A stretch of DNA of 64,000 nt from Pontiella sp. (GCA_050290185.1 JBNKHE010000003.1:224001-288000); one strand, 5' to 3'; counted from the first letter of the stretch, positions 1-9,440 are shown. Program-made: numbers and translations. The notes: a model not told the origin generated them from the letters alone.

Positions 1-167
1 CCGGGGCTATCCAGCATCTGGCCGGCATGCAGAGTTCCGACATGATCATTGCGATCAACAAGGATCCCGATGCACCGATCTTCGATGTGGCCGACTTTGG
101 CCTCATTGGCGATCTGCACGAAATCGTGCCGGAATTCCAGAAGCAGATCGCAGCGGCGAAGGCGTAG
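1..167 (+). CDS. etfA: Electron transfer flavoprotein alpha subunit, 3' end (truncated by window edge)
   Basis: Frame from base 3 reads [43 protein letters not shown], the EtfA/FixB FAD-binding C-terminus; TAG at 165-167. Confidence 0.93.
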   Translation, partial: GAIQHLAGMQSSDMIIAINKDPDAPIFDVADFGLIGDLHEIVPEFQKQIAAAKA

Positions 168-266
168 AGGAATACCTCGGAACGATTGGGTGGAATGGCG
201 GTTTGAATCGGGGGCGGGAATGGTGTAATCCCTTGACCCATTAAATCAAACCAAAGGAATTGCAGA

Positions 267-1190
267 ATGGAAAACGTAGTCATCATTGGAGCCGGTGCCG
301 CCGGATACACGGCCGCCATCTATTGCGCCCGCGCCAACCTCGCGCCGCTGGTCATCGAAGGAATGCAGCCCGGCGGCCAGCTGACCACCACTACCGACGT
401 TGAAAACTTTCCCGGGTTTCCGGAAGGAGTCGACGGCACGGTGTTAATGGACAAGTTCAAGGCCCAGGCCGAGCGCTTCGGGGCCAAGTTCCTGCAGTAC
501 GATGCGGTGGCGAAAGCCGATTTTTCCACCCGCCCGTTCAAGCTGGAGATGATGGCCGGCGATCCCATCGAAGCCAAGACCGTGATCATTGCCACGGGTG
601 CGACAGCCAAGTATCTGGGGCTCGAATCCGAGCAAAAATTCATGGGTCGTGGTGTTTCGGCCTGCGCCACCTGCGACGGTGCATTCTATAAGAATGTGCC
701 CATTGTGGTGGTGGGTGGCGGTGATACCGCCTGTGAGGAAGCAATCTTCCTGACCCGCTTTGCTTCGAAGGTCACGCTGGTGCATCGTCGCGATGAACTG
801 CGCGCATCCAAGATCATGGCCGAACGCACCATGAATAACCACAAGATCGAGATCGCGTGGAATTCCGTGGTGGAAGAAATTGTCGGTGATGACTCGGGGG
901 TTACCGGGGTTCGTCTCAAGAATGTCAAGACGGACGAAATTACGGAGGTTCCGGCTTCCGGCTATTTTTCCGCCATCGGTCACAAGCCGAATACCGATCC
1001 GTTTGTCGGCCAATTGGATATGGATGATGTCGGTTATTTACTCACCGATGGGGTTAAGACGAAGGTCGAGGGCGTATATGCGGCAGGGGATGTGGCCGAT
1101 GCCATTTACCGTCAGGCGATCACGGCTGCCGGGACCGGATGCGCTGCTGCGCTCGAAGCCGAACGCTTCCTTGAAGCACAGGGCGATTGA
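267..1190 (+). CDS. trxB: Thioredoxin-disulfide reductase
   Basis: [11 protein letters not shown] motif, GGQL, redox-active [18 protein letters not shown] motif, [18 protein letters not shown]. Confidence 0.97.
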   Translation: MENVVIIGAGAAGYTAAIYCARANLAPLVIEGMQPGGQLTTTTDVENFPGFPEGVDGTVLMDKFKAQAERFGAKFLQYDAVAKADFSTRPFKLEMMAGDPIEAKTVIIATGATAKYLGLESEQKFMGRGVSACATCDGAFYKNVPIVVVGGGDTACEEAIFLTRFASKVTLVHRRDELRASKIMAERTMNNHKIEIAWNSVVEEIVGDDSGVTGVRLKNVKTDEITEVPASGYFSAIGHKPNTDPFVGQLDMDDVGYLLTDGVKTKVEGVYAAGDVADAIYRQAITAAGTGCAAALEAERFLEAQGD

Positions 1191-1201
1191 TAGGGGATTT
1201 T

Positions 1202-1252
1202 GATTTTAGATTGCCGATGTACGGATCTGTGACAGATCGGCAATCTAAAATC
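1202..1252. repeat. Perfect 17-bp intergenic inverted repeat
   Basis: GATTTTAGATTGCCGAT (1202-1218) and ATCGGCAATCTAAAATC (1236-1252). Confidence 0.85.
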
Positions 1253-1293
1253 GGCAGTGGGAATGGGTGTTAACTAACTAAGGAGAAGCAGTG

Positions 1294-2457
1294 ATGGGCA
1301 ATATCAACTGGGGAATTACCGAAGACCAAATGGAAATCGTCAACCTGATCGACGATTTCGGCAAGGAGCGCATAGTTCCGGTTCGCGCGGAACTCGACGA
1401 AAAGGGAATATTCCCAGCTGATCTGCTCCGGGAACTGGCGCAGATGGACCTGATGGGGCTGTATATTCCGGAAGAGTACGGCGGCTTCGGTGCCGACCAG
1501 CTCGGATTCTGTCTCGCGGTTGAAACCATGTCGAAATACTGCATCGGAGTCTCCGTCTCCTTTGCGGCCAACGCCCTTGGGGCTGACCCGATCATCATCG
1601 GTGGTTCCGATGAGCAGAAGAAGAAATATCTCTCTCCGCTGGCCTCCGGCGAAAAGTGGGCCGCTTTCGGTCTGACCGAGGCCAACGCCGGTTCCGATGC
1701 GGGCGGCATTCAAACCACCGCAGTGAAAAAGGGCGACAAGTATGTCCTGAACGGCACGAAGCAATGGATCACCAATGGCGGGGAAGCCGATATCTACACC
1801 GTGTTTGCCGTCACCAACAAGGCCAAGGGCGCCCGCGGCGTTTCCTGCTTCATTGTCGAAAAGGACACCCCCGGCTTCAGCTTCGGAAAGAAGGAAGACA
1901 AGCTTGGAATCCGCGCTTCCGCCACCCGCGAGCTGGTTTTCGAGGACTGCGAAGTTCCCGCTGAAAACCTGATCGGTCGCGAAGGTATGGGCTTCCTGCT
2001 GGCCATGAAAACGTTCGACGTCTCCCGTCCGGGCATTGCCGCCCAGGGTGTTGGTCTGGCGCAGGGCGCACTTGATGAAGCGGTCAAGTATGCCAAGGTG
2101 CGCAAGCAGTTCAGCAAGCCGATCATCGCCAACCAGGGGTTGCTGTGGATGCTCTCCGAAATGTCCACCAAGGTGGAAACCGCGCGCGCGATCACCTACG
2201 CTGCCTGCCGCACACTTGATGCCGGCGTGAAGGATGTCTCCAAGATTTCCGCCATGTGCAAATACTATGCGGGTGACGTCGCCATGTCCGTCACCACCGA
2301 CGCCGTCCAGGTGCTGGGCGGCTACGGATTTATGAAGGAGTATCCGGTCGAAAAGATGATGCGCGATGCCAAGATCCTTCAGATCTATGAAGGCACCAAT
2401 CAGATCCAGCGCGATATCGTCGGCAATGCCCTTGTAAAGGAATACGCCTCGCTGTAG
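1294..2457 (+). CDS. Acyl-CoA dehydrogenase, butyryl-CoA dehydrogenase-like
   Basis: FGLTEANAGSD, LNGTKQWITNG, KLGIRAS, RKQF, QVLGGYG, catalytic QIYEGTNQIQR; AAGGAG RBS; GTG at 1291 is an alternative start. Confidence 0.95.
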   Translation: MGNINWGITEDQMEIVNLIDDFGKERIVPVRAELDEKGIFPADLLRELAQMDLMGLYIPEEYGGFGADQLGFCLAVETMSKYCIGVSVSFAANALGADPIIIGGSDEQKKKYLSPLASGEKWAAFGLTEANAGSDAGGIQTTAVKKGDKYVLNGTKQWITNGGEADIYTVFAVTNKAKGARGVSCFIVEKDTPGFSFGKKEDKLGIRASATRELVFEDCEVPAENLIGREGMGFLLAMKTFDVSRPGIAAQGVGLAQGALDEAVKYAKVRKQFSKPIIANQGLLWMLSEMSTKVETARAITYAACRTLDAGVKDVSKISAMCKYYAGDVAMSVTTDAVQVLGGYGFMKEYPVEKMMRDAKILQIYEGTNQIQRDIVGNALVKEYASL

Positions 2458-2462
2458 CGCAT

Positions 2463-2510
2463 ATGGAGGGGCAACGTCCCGTTGCCCTTGGATTGCAAGC
2501 GTCCCTCCAT
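2463..2510. repeat. REP-like nested palindrome
   Basis: ATGGAGGG...CCCTCCAT outer arms; inner GGGCAACG-TCC-CGTTGCCC. Confidence 0.5.
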
Positions 2511-2512
2511 CG

Positions 2513-2541
2513 AACCCCGTCGCAACCCGGCGGGGTTTTTT
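2513..2541 (+). terminator. Rho-independent terminator after the acyl-CoA dehydrogenase
   Basis: AACCCCGTCG-CAACC-CGGCGGGGTT stem followed by T run. Confidence 0.8.
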
Positions 2542-2614
2542 GCTGGAAAGGTGTTTCGATTGGGAGGATTATGTACACAAAGTCATCCGGCTTTTCCTGC
2601 AAGAATGGCTGCCC

Positions 2615-4330
2615 ATGCCGGATTTCAACAACGGGGATGTACAGACGGTGAAAAGTAGATGTGGAAGACGTAGATTAATCGGATCTGTGAGCCTTATGCT
2701 GCTGGTGGGTTTTCTTTCAAGTTCGCTGGTCAGCTACTATCTTGCGCGAGCTTCGGTTCGCGAGCAAATTGTCACCAATGCGTTGCCGCTGACGAGCGAC
2801 AATATCTATTCCGAAATCCAACGCGATCTGATCCGTCCGATCTTCATCTCCTCCCTGATGGCCCGGGATACCTTTGTCCGGGACTGGATCATCGATGGGG
2901 AACAACATGTCGACAAAATCACTAAATACCTGCAGGAAATAAAAGCCTCCTACCACACGTTCACCTGTTTCCTGGTCTCCGATGCGACGCTCAACTACTA
3001 CTACTTCGATGGCGTGTTGAAGAAGGTGGATCCAGGAACTGACCTGGACAAGTGGTATTTCCGCGTCCGCGCGATGGAGGATCCCTACGAAATCAACGTG
3101 GACCCGGACATGGCCAACAAAAATACCATGACTATCTTCATCAACTACAAGGTGCTCGATTACGACGGACGGTTTCTCGGCGCAACCGGCGTCGGGCTCA
3201 AGGTCGGTTCCTTGATTGATTTGATGAGGCACTACAGCCAGAAATACAACCGGAGCATCTATCTGACCGAGCCTGACGGGAAAATCATCCTTTCCAGTGG
3301 CGGTGCTTGCACGGATATCTCCGGCATCGGGGGCATGGAGCCGATCCGAAACGCCGTACTTGCGAAGGAGGGAGGTTCGTTCGAATACGACCGCGACGGC
3401 CGGAAGGTTTTTGTGAACAGTCGATACATCGACGAATTGCATTGGCATTTGCTGGTGGAGGAAGTGGAAGGACAGGGCAACAAGCGGCTATCCCATGCGC
3501 TCATCCTGAACCTTTTCATTTGCGGCATCATCACGACCGCCGTAATCCTTATGGTGGGCTTTTCAATCGCCGCCTACGAGCGGGTTCGGCAACGGCAGCA
3601 AACCCAAATCGTCGAGCAACGCAACCAACTGGAGCAAGCCAACCATCGGAAGAGTCAACTGCTCCACATCCTTTGCCACGACCTCTCCAATCCGTTCGGT
3701 GTTTTGATCTCTTCGCTGGGTTCCCGGGACGGTGATCCCGGTTTGCTTGACGAGATGATGGAGGAAATCACCCGGTCGCTCGAAAACGGGATGGGCACGA
3801 TCGAACTCGTTCGGAAAATGCGGGCCATGGAGGAGGGGAAGATCGATCTTCCTCTGGCCTCCTTGCCGCTCAGGCCGATGGTCGAGGAATCCGCCTCCAT
3901 GCTGAAGAGCCGCTTGCAGGACAAGGGTATTTCGCTCGAGATCGATATTGACGACGAGATTTCAGTTTGGGTGGAGAAGGTTTCCTTCATCAACTCACTG
4001 CTGAACAATCTACTGACCAACGCCATCAAGTTTTCCCCCCAGAATTCCATTGTGCAGGTCAAGGCCCGGAAGACGGACGACGACCTGGTGGAATTTTCCG
4101 TGGTGGATCATGGTGTTGGAATGCCGGAAGAGATTCGGAATGCCCTTTTCGACCTCAAGTCGACGACGACCCGCAGCGGCACGGATGGCGAAGCGGGAAC
4201 GGGCTTCGGCATGCCCCTGGTTGAAATGTTTGTCAAGATCTACGGCGGCTCGATCAAGGTGGACTCGAAAGATATCGAGCTTTTTCCCGATGACCATGGC
4301 ACCAAGGTGCTGATCATGCTGAAGTCGTGA
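2615..4330 (+). CDS. Membrane sensor histidine kinase with periplasmic Cache-like domain
   Basis: Two hydrophobic segments flanking a sensor domain; H-box CHDLSNP, N-box NNLLTNAIKFS, G1 DHGVGM, G2 GTGFGM; start uncertain (2540 or 2615). Confidence 0.9.
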   Translation: MPDFNNGDVQTVKSRCGRRRLIGSVSLMLLVGFLSSSLVSYYLARASVREQIVTNALPLTSDNIYSEIQRDLIRPIFISSLMARDTFVRDWIIDGEQHVDKITKYLQEIKASYHTFTCFLVSDATLNYYYFDGVLKKVDPGTDLDKWYFRVRAMEDPYEINVDPDMANKNTMTIFINYKVLDYDGRFLGATGVGLKVGSLIDLMRHYSQKYNRSIYLTEPDGKIILSSGGACTDISGIGGMEPIRNAVLAKEGGSFEYDRDGRKVFVNSRYIDELHWHLLVEEVEGQGNKRLSHALILNLFICGIITTAVILMVGFSIAAYERVRQRQQTQIVEQRNQLEQANHRKSQLLHILCHDLSNPFGVLISSLGSRDGDPGLLDEMMEEITRSLENGMGTIELVRKMRAMEEGKIDLPLASLPLRPMVEESASMLKSRLQDKGISLEIDIDDEISVWVEKVSFINSLLNNLLTNAIKFSPQNSIVQVKARKTDDDLVEFSVVDHGVGMPEEIRNALFDLKSTTTRSGTDGEAGTGFGMPLVEMFVKIYGGSIKVDSKDIELFPDDHGTKVLIMLKS

Positions 4331-4641
4331 GGAGGCCTTGGTTCCGTCTTGGTTTTGTTGCGGTGGCCGACCAGAACCGGTACTGCCTCGACGAGCCCGA
4401 ACCCGTCATTATATTCAAGGGCTTCGGCGATGCTGCGTTGGAGATCCTGTTTGCGCCATGGTTTGCCAAAACGGACTACATCGCCCTATGCAACAGCCTG
4501 CTGATCGAGGTTAAACGCCGTTTTGATGAAGAGGGCATCGAAATTCCGTTCCCGCACTGCACACTCTACACCGGCGCCGTCACCGAGCCTTTCCCTATCA
4601 AGCTGGTTCCCTCCGACGTTGTACCGCCGGTTTCCGGGTGA
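4327..4641 (+). pseudogene. C-terminal fragment of an MscS-family mechanosensitive channel
   Basis: LDEPEPVIIFKGFGDAALEI...EVKRRFDEEGIEIPFPH matches the MscS C-terminal domain; no transmembrane or beta domain upstream. Confidence 0.75.
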
Positions 4642-4654
4642 CGGTTACTGTCCT

Positions 4655-4724
4655 CGCAGAGGCGCAGCGCGCGCGGAGAAGGAACTATCCAGAAAGTTTC
4701 CTTTGCGAACTCTGCGTCTCTGCG
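4655..4724. repeat. Inverted repeat of the CGCAGAG/CTCTGCG short-unit type
   Basis: CGCAGAGGCGCAG (4655-4667) pairs with CTGCGTCTCTGCG (4712-4724), one G-U pair. Confidence 0.6.
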
Positions 4725-4744
4725 CGGGATTTCCTGTCACATAA

Positions 4745-4773
4745 GGAAAAAAGCCCCGGTGCGCTACCGGGGC
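4745..4773 (-). terminator. Minus-strand rho-independent terminator
   Basis: Minus strand reads GCCCCGGT-AGCGC-ACCGGGGC-TTTTTT; no T tract on the plus side. Confidence 0.85.
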
Positions 4774-4880
4774 CGCTGGGCATCACGAGCTGTATGATTA
4801 AATATTTGCCTGTCGACCGCGAATCAACACGGCCTGAACATGGCAACTTCCTAGCGGTTTGTATCTCCGTGTCGCCAGCT
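4745..4880 (-). ncRNA. Candidate structured non-coding RNA (rod with central bubble, 6S-like topology)
   Basis: Closing stem GCUGG..CACG.GAG / CUC.GUG..CCAGC, 18/16-nt central bubble, apical stem UUGCC..GGCCGUG / CGCGGUC..GGCAA, directly followed by a terminator; G-U pairs favour the minus strand. Confidence 0.55.
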
Positions 4881-5032
4881 ATGTATATAGACACCCTTAC
4901 GGTGCAATTGTTCCAAAATATAATGTGAAACCTCCCTTATCCTATTTTCCTAAAAAATCCCCCTTCTAGCTTGGTTCGGATTAAGGGGGTGGGGTATGTT
5001 TCCTCACTTTCTTAAGGAACAGGTGAATCACC

Positions 5033-6622
5033 ATGAGTGCTGAAAACAAGGTCTTTATATACGATACGACGTTGCGGGATGGTGCGCAGGCGGAGGGGGT
5101 CAACTTCTCGCCGGTCGCGAAGATCCACGTAGCAAAGATGCTCGATTCGTTCGGGGTTGACTACATCGAGGGCGGCTATGCGGCCTCGAACCCGAAGGAC
5201 ATGGCTTTCTTCAAGGACATCAAAAAGGAAAACCTGAAGCATGCGAAGGTGGCCGCGTTCGGCAGCACCCGCCGTGCGAACGTCAAGGTCGAGGAAGACA
5301 AGGGCACGCTGGCCCTTATCGAGGCCGATACGGAGGTCTGCACCATATTCGGTAAAACCTGGCTGCTGCATGTAACCGAGGTTCTGAAAACCACACCGGA
5401 AGAAAATCTGGCGATGATCGAGGAAACCTGCCGTTTCCTGAAGGAGCATGGAAAGGAGGTCATCTACGACGCTGAGCACTTTTTTGACGGCTATAAGGAC
5501 AGCCCGGAATATGCCCTCCAATCATTGGAAGCCGCCGCCAAGGGTGGGGCGGACGTGCTGGTTTTATGCGATACCAACGGCGGTTGCCTGCCGCATGAGG
5601 TGTTTGAGATCACCACGCTGATCCGTGAAAAATTTGATGTAAACATCGGGGTACACACCCACAACGATTCGGAAACTGGCGTGGCCAATGCGATGGAAGC
5701 GGTGCGTGCCGGCGCTATGCAGGTGCAGGGAACGATCAATGGCTTTGGTGAGCGCTGCGGAAACTGTAACCTCGTTTCCGTCGTCGCCAATATCCTCGTG
5801 AAGACCGGCAAAACCTGTCTGGCTGATCCGGCTCAACTGAAGAATCTGAAGCTGCTTTCGCAATTCGTGAACGAGCAGGCCAACCTGCGCGATAACAAGC
5901 GCGCGGCGTTCGTGGGCGACAGTGCTTTTGCGCACAAGGCCGGCATGCACGTCGACGGCGTCCGCAAGGTGTCGCACAGTTTCGAACACGTGCCGCCGGA
6001 TACGGTGGGTAACACGCGCCGTATTCTGATCTCCGAACTTTCCGGAGCAAGCAACGTAATGGAAAAGCTGCTCGAGATGGGGCTCGATAACATCGATCGC
6101 AAATCGCCGGAGGTCCGGGAGATTCTCCAGACGATGGAAACGATGGAAAAGAGCGGCTATGTGTACGAAGCGGCCGACGCTTCGTTCAAGATGCTGATCA
6201 AGAAGGTGCTCAAGGAGCATAAGAGCTTCTTCGAACTGGAAGGTTTTCGCGTCATCGTCGAAAAGCGGAGTAAGGACGATCCCTGTACCTCGGAGGCCAC
6301 ACTCAAGTTGAAAGTAAGTGGTGACAAGCGCGCCTTTACGGTTGGTGAGGGTGATGGCCCGGTCGATGCCCTTAACATGGCGTTGCGCAATGCCTTGGCG
6401 GAATTCTATCCAAGCATCGCCGATGTTCAGCTGGCGGACTACCGTGTGAGCATCCTGGATCCCGAGGAAGCAACGGCGGCGAAGACGCGCGTGCATATCG
6501 AATCAACCGATGGAGACCAGTCGTGGGGCACGGTCGGCGTCTCGGAAAATATCATCGAAGCCTCCTGGGAAGCCCTCGTCGACGGCGTGGAATACAAGCT
6601 GTTCCTTGATGAGGAAAAGTGA
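5033..6622 (+). CDS. cimA: Citramalate synthase (LeuA/CimA family)
   Basis: YDTTLRDGAQ, DAEHFFDG, LCDTNGG, HTHND, QGTINGFGERCGN, HKAGMH, regulatory GDGPVDAL and WGTVGVSENII. Confidence 0.92.
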   Translation: MSAENKVFIYDTTLRDGAQAEGVNFSPVAKIHVAKMLDSFGVDYIEGGYAASNPKDMAFFKDIKKENLKHAKVAAFGSTRRANVKVEEDKGTLALIEADTEVCTIFGKTWLLHVTEVLKTTPEENLAMIEETCRFLKEHGKEVIYDAEHFFDGYKDSPEYALQSLEAAAKGGADVLVLCDTNGGCLPHEVFEITTLIREKFDVNIGVHTHNDSETGVANAMEAVRAGAMQVQGTINGFGERCGNCNLVSVVANILVKTGKTCLADPAQLKNLKLLSQFVNEQANLRDNKRAAFVGDSAFAHKAGMHVDGVRKVSHSFEHVPPDTVGNTRRILISELSGASNVMEKLLEMGLDNIDRKSPEVREILQTMETMEKSGYVYEAADASFKMLIKKVLKEHKSFFELEGFRVIVEKRSKDDPCTSEATLKLKVSGDKRAFTVGEGDGPVDALNMALRNALAEFYPSIADVQLADYRVSILDPEEATAAKTRVHIESTDGDQSWGTVGVSENIIEASWEALVDGVEYKLFLDEEK

Positions 6623-6624
6623 TG

Positions 6625-6655
6625 CGTGAAACGTGATCAAAACTCACGTTTCACG
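6625..6655. repeat. Perfect 12-bp inverted repeat made of heptamer-spaced CGTGA units
   Basis: CGTGAAACGTGA (6625-6636) / TCACGTTTCACG (6644-6655). Confidence 0.7.
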
Positions 6656-6707
6656 ACTCACTCGTCACGAAATTACCCGTTTTACATACAACAGCTGGAT
6701 TGAAATT

Positions 6708-9359
6708 ATGGCAGAACTATCAAAAACATATGAGCCGAAGCAGGTTGAAGAAAAGTGGTATCAGAAATGGATGGCCGACGGACGTTTTCATAACGAAAGC
6801 GGCAATGGGGGGGATCCGTTCTGCATCGTTATTCCGCCGCCGAACGTAACCGGTATCCTGCACATGGGCCATGCCCTCAATAACAACATCCAGGATGTGC
6901 TCACGCGCGTCGCCCGCATGCAGGGCAAGAATACCGTATGGGTTCCTGGAACCGATCACGCCGGTATCGCTACGCAAAACGTGGTGGAACGCGCGCTGAA
7001 GAAAGAGGGCAAAACCCGCGACGACCTCGGCCGCGATAAATTTATCGAGCGCGTTTGGGAGTGGAAGCATGAATACGGTTCCACCATCTCCAATCAGCTT
7101 AAGAAGCTCGGCGCTTCGTGCGACTGGGAACGCGAACGTTTTACGATGGATGAAGGTCTGAGCGAGGCCGTTCTCGAAATCTTTTGCCGCCTCTACGACA
7201 AGGGTCTGATCTATCGCGGAAGCCGCATCATCAACTGGTGCCCGCGCTGTGAAACCGCACTGTCGGACGAAGAAAGCGAACACGTTGATGTGGAAGGTGC
7301 GCTCTACCATCTGCGCTATGCCGTAAAGGGTAAAAAGCAACGCATTGTTGTGGCCACCACGCGCCCCGAAACCATGCTGGGCGACACGGCGGTTGCGGTT
7401 AATCCCCGCGACGAACGCTATACAGACTTGATCGGGCAAGTGATTGTCCTGCCGATCACGAACCGTGAAATTCCGATCATTGCCGACGACTACGTCGATC
7501 CGGAATTCGGTACCGGTCTCGTGAAGATCACACCGGCCCACGACCCGAACGACTTTGAAATGGGATTGCGGCATGAGCTGCCACAGATCAATGTGATGAC
7601 CGATACCGGGATCATGAACGAGAATGCCGGCCCGTATGAAGGTATGGACCGCTTTGAATGCCGCAAACAGTTGATGGAAGATCTCAAGGCCGGCGGGCTG
7701 GTCGAAAAGGTCGAGGTGCATCATCATGCGGTCGGCCACTGCTATCGTTGCGATACGGTCGTTGAACCGCGCCTTTCCCCGCAGTGGTTCGTTAAGATGA
7801 AGCCACTGGCGCGCCCGGCGATCGAAGCCGTGAACGATGGCCGGATTAAGTTTGTTCCCGAACGCTGGAACAATACCTACATGAACTGGATGGAAAACAT
7901 CCGCGACTGGTGCATCTCGCGCCAGATCTGGTGGGGCCACCGCATCCCGATTTTCTATTGTGACGACTGCAATCACGAGTGGGCTGCAAAAACGTCGGCA
8001 ACATCCTGCCCGAAATGTTCGTCGTCCAACGTTCGTCAGGACGAGGACGTATTGGACACGTGGTTTTCCTCGTGGCTCTGGCCTTTCAGCGTGTTCAACT
8101 GGCCGGCCCAGAACGACGACCTGAACTTCTACTATCCATCCAAGACGCTTGTTACCGGCAACGAAATCATTTTCTTCTGGGTAGCGCGCATGATCATGTC
8201 CGGTCTGGAAGTGATGGGCGACATTCCGTTCGATACCGTCTACATCCACGGCACCGTACGCGACGACCAGGGCCGCAAGATGTCGAAGAGCCTGGGTAAT
8301 TCCATTGACCCGCTCGACATCATCGAAAAATACAGTTCCGACGCACTGCGCTTCTCGCTGCTGATGATTACGGCGACCGGGCAGGACGTTTACATCAACG
8401 ATGAAAAGTTCGAGATTGGCCGCAACTTCGGCACCAAGATATGGAATGCCGCGCGTTTCATGGAGATGCATTCGGAAGGATTCGACGTTAAGGACCTGAC
8501 CTTCAGCAATGATGATCTGACTCCGGACGACCAGCATCTGCTGGCCAAGCTTAACGAGGCGATTGCGTCGGTAAACGACAATCTGCAACGCTACCGCTTT
8601 AACGATGCGACGCTGGCGCTCTATGATTTCTTCTGGCACAGCTACTGCGACTGGTATCTGGAATATGCCAAGCCGATCCTCTACAAGGGTTCGCCGGAAC
8701 AGAAGAAGCACACATTGCAGGTGATGCACTTCACCTTCTCGACGTCGTTGCGCCTGCTGCATCCGTTCATGCCGTTCCAGACCGAAGAGCTGTGGCATGG
8801 CATGGGATATAACCACGAAGATGAAAGTATCATGGTTGCCCCGTGGCCGGAAAATGCGATTGCGTCCGGCATCAACCCTGCCATCGTAAAGTATGTTGAC
8901 GGAAAGCACGACCTCGTGCGCGTCGGCCGCATTCTGCGGGCGGAATACAATCTGGCTAACAAGCAGGAAGCCAGGTTCTGCGTGCGCGCCGGCAACGCCG
9001 AATATGCCCAGCAGATCGAGGACGACAAGGAATCGATCATGGCGGCCCTCAAGGCCGAAAGTATTCAGGTTGATGTCAACTTTACACCCCAGGGCGCGAT
9101 GCCGAGCGGCATCAGCACACTGGGGGCGGTCTACATGTCGATCGAAGGGTTGGTCGATGTCGACGCCGAGATCGAGAAGCTAACCAAAGAGTTGAGCGAA
9201 GTGAACGGGCATCTGGCCAACGTGAAGCAAAAGCTTTCCAACGAAAACTTTGTGAACCGTGCGCCGAAGGAAGTGGTCTCCGTTCAGGAAAAACGCCAGG
9301 AAGAACTGCGGGAAAAGAGCGAAAAGCTGGCCAAGATGATCGAAACGATGAAAGGCTGA
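6708..9359 (+). CDS. valS: Valine--tRNA ligase
   Basis: PPPNVTG.LHMGH, PGTDHAGIATQ, ATTRPET, DWCISRQIWWGH, KMSKS, C-terminal coiled coil NENFVNRAP. Confidence 0.98.
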   Translation: MAELSKTYEPKQVEEKWYQKWMADGRFHNESGNGGDPFCIVIPPPNVTGILHMGHALNNNIQDVLTRVARMQGKNTVWVPGTDHAGIATQNVVERALKKEGKTRDDLGRDKFIERVWEWKHEYGSTISNQLKKLGASCDWERERFTMDEGLSEAVLEIFCRLYDKGLIYRGSRIINWCPRCETALSDEESEHVDVEGALYHLRYAVKGKKQRIVVATTRPETMLGDTAVAVNPRDERYTDLIGQVIVLPITNREIPIIADDYVDPEFGTGLVKITPAHDPNDFEMGLRHELPQINVMTDTGIMNENAGPYEGMDRFECRKQLMEDLKAGGLVEKVEVHHHAVGHCYRCDTVVEPRLSPQWFVKMKPLARPAIEAVNDGRIKFVPERWNNTYMNWMENIRDWCISRQIWWGHRIPIFYCDDCNHEWAAKTSATSCPKCSSSNVRQDEDVLDTWFSSWLWPFSVFNWPAQNDDLNFYYPSKTLVTGNEIIFFWVARMIMSGLEVMGDIPFDTVYIHGTVRDDQGRKMSKSLGNSIDPLDIIEKYSSDALRFSLLMITATGQDVYINDEKFEIGRNFGTKIWNAARFMEMHSEGFDVKDLTFSNDDLTPDDQHLLAKLNEAIASVNDNLQRYRFNDATLALYDFFWHSYCDWYLEYAKPILYKGSPEQKKHTLQVMHFTFSTSLRLLHPFMPFQTEELWHGMGYNHEDESIMVAPWPENAIASGINPAIVKYVDGKHDLVRVGRILRAEYNLANKQEARFCVRAGNAEYAQQIEDDKESIMAALKAESIQVDVNFTPQGAMPSGISTLGAVYMSIEGLVDVDAEIEKLTKELSEVNGHLANVKQKLSNENFVNRAPKEVVSVQEKRQEELREKSEKLAKMIETMKG

Positions 9360-9440
9360 GCGGATCCGGGGGCTCGTTTGTTCCCGAGGCATCGCTTCCT
9401 AATAAATCCGGGATGGCATCCTGTTTTCCGGTTCCAGGGC

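Noticed and set aside
4775..4880. SRP RNA or known riboswitch identity for the structured element
   Set aside because: It lacks the SRP GGAA tetraloop/AGCAG motif and I could not match any riboswitch consensus; orientation is away from cimA
4685..4894. 69-aa minus-strand ORF over the candidate ncRNA
   Set aside because: It runs through a strong terminator, has no RBS or family motif, and the structured-RNA reading explains the sequence better
6720..8909. 729-aa antisense ORF, and similar long antisense ORFs at 5564-6496, 12088-13629, 14427-16025 and 43862-44992
   Set aside because: They lie opposite well-supported genes, have no recognisable motifs, and are expected shadows of biased codon usage
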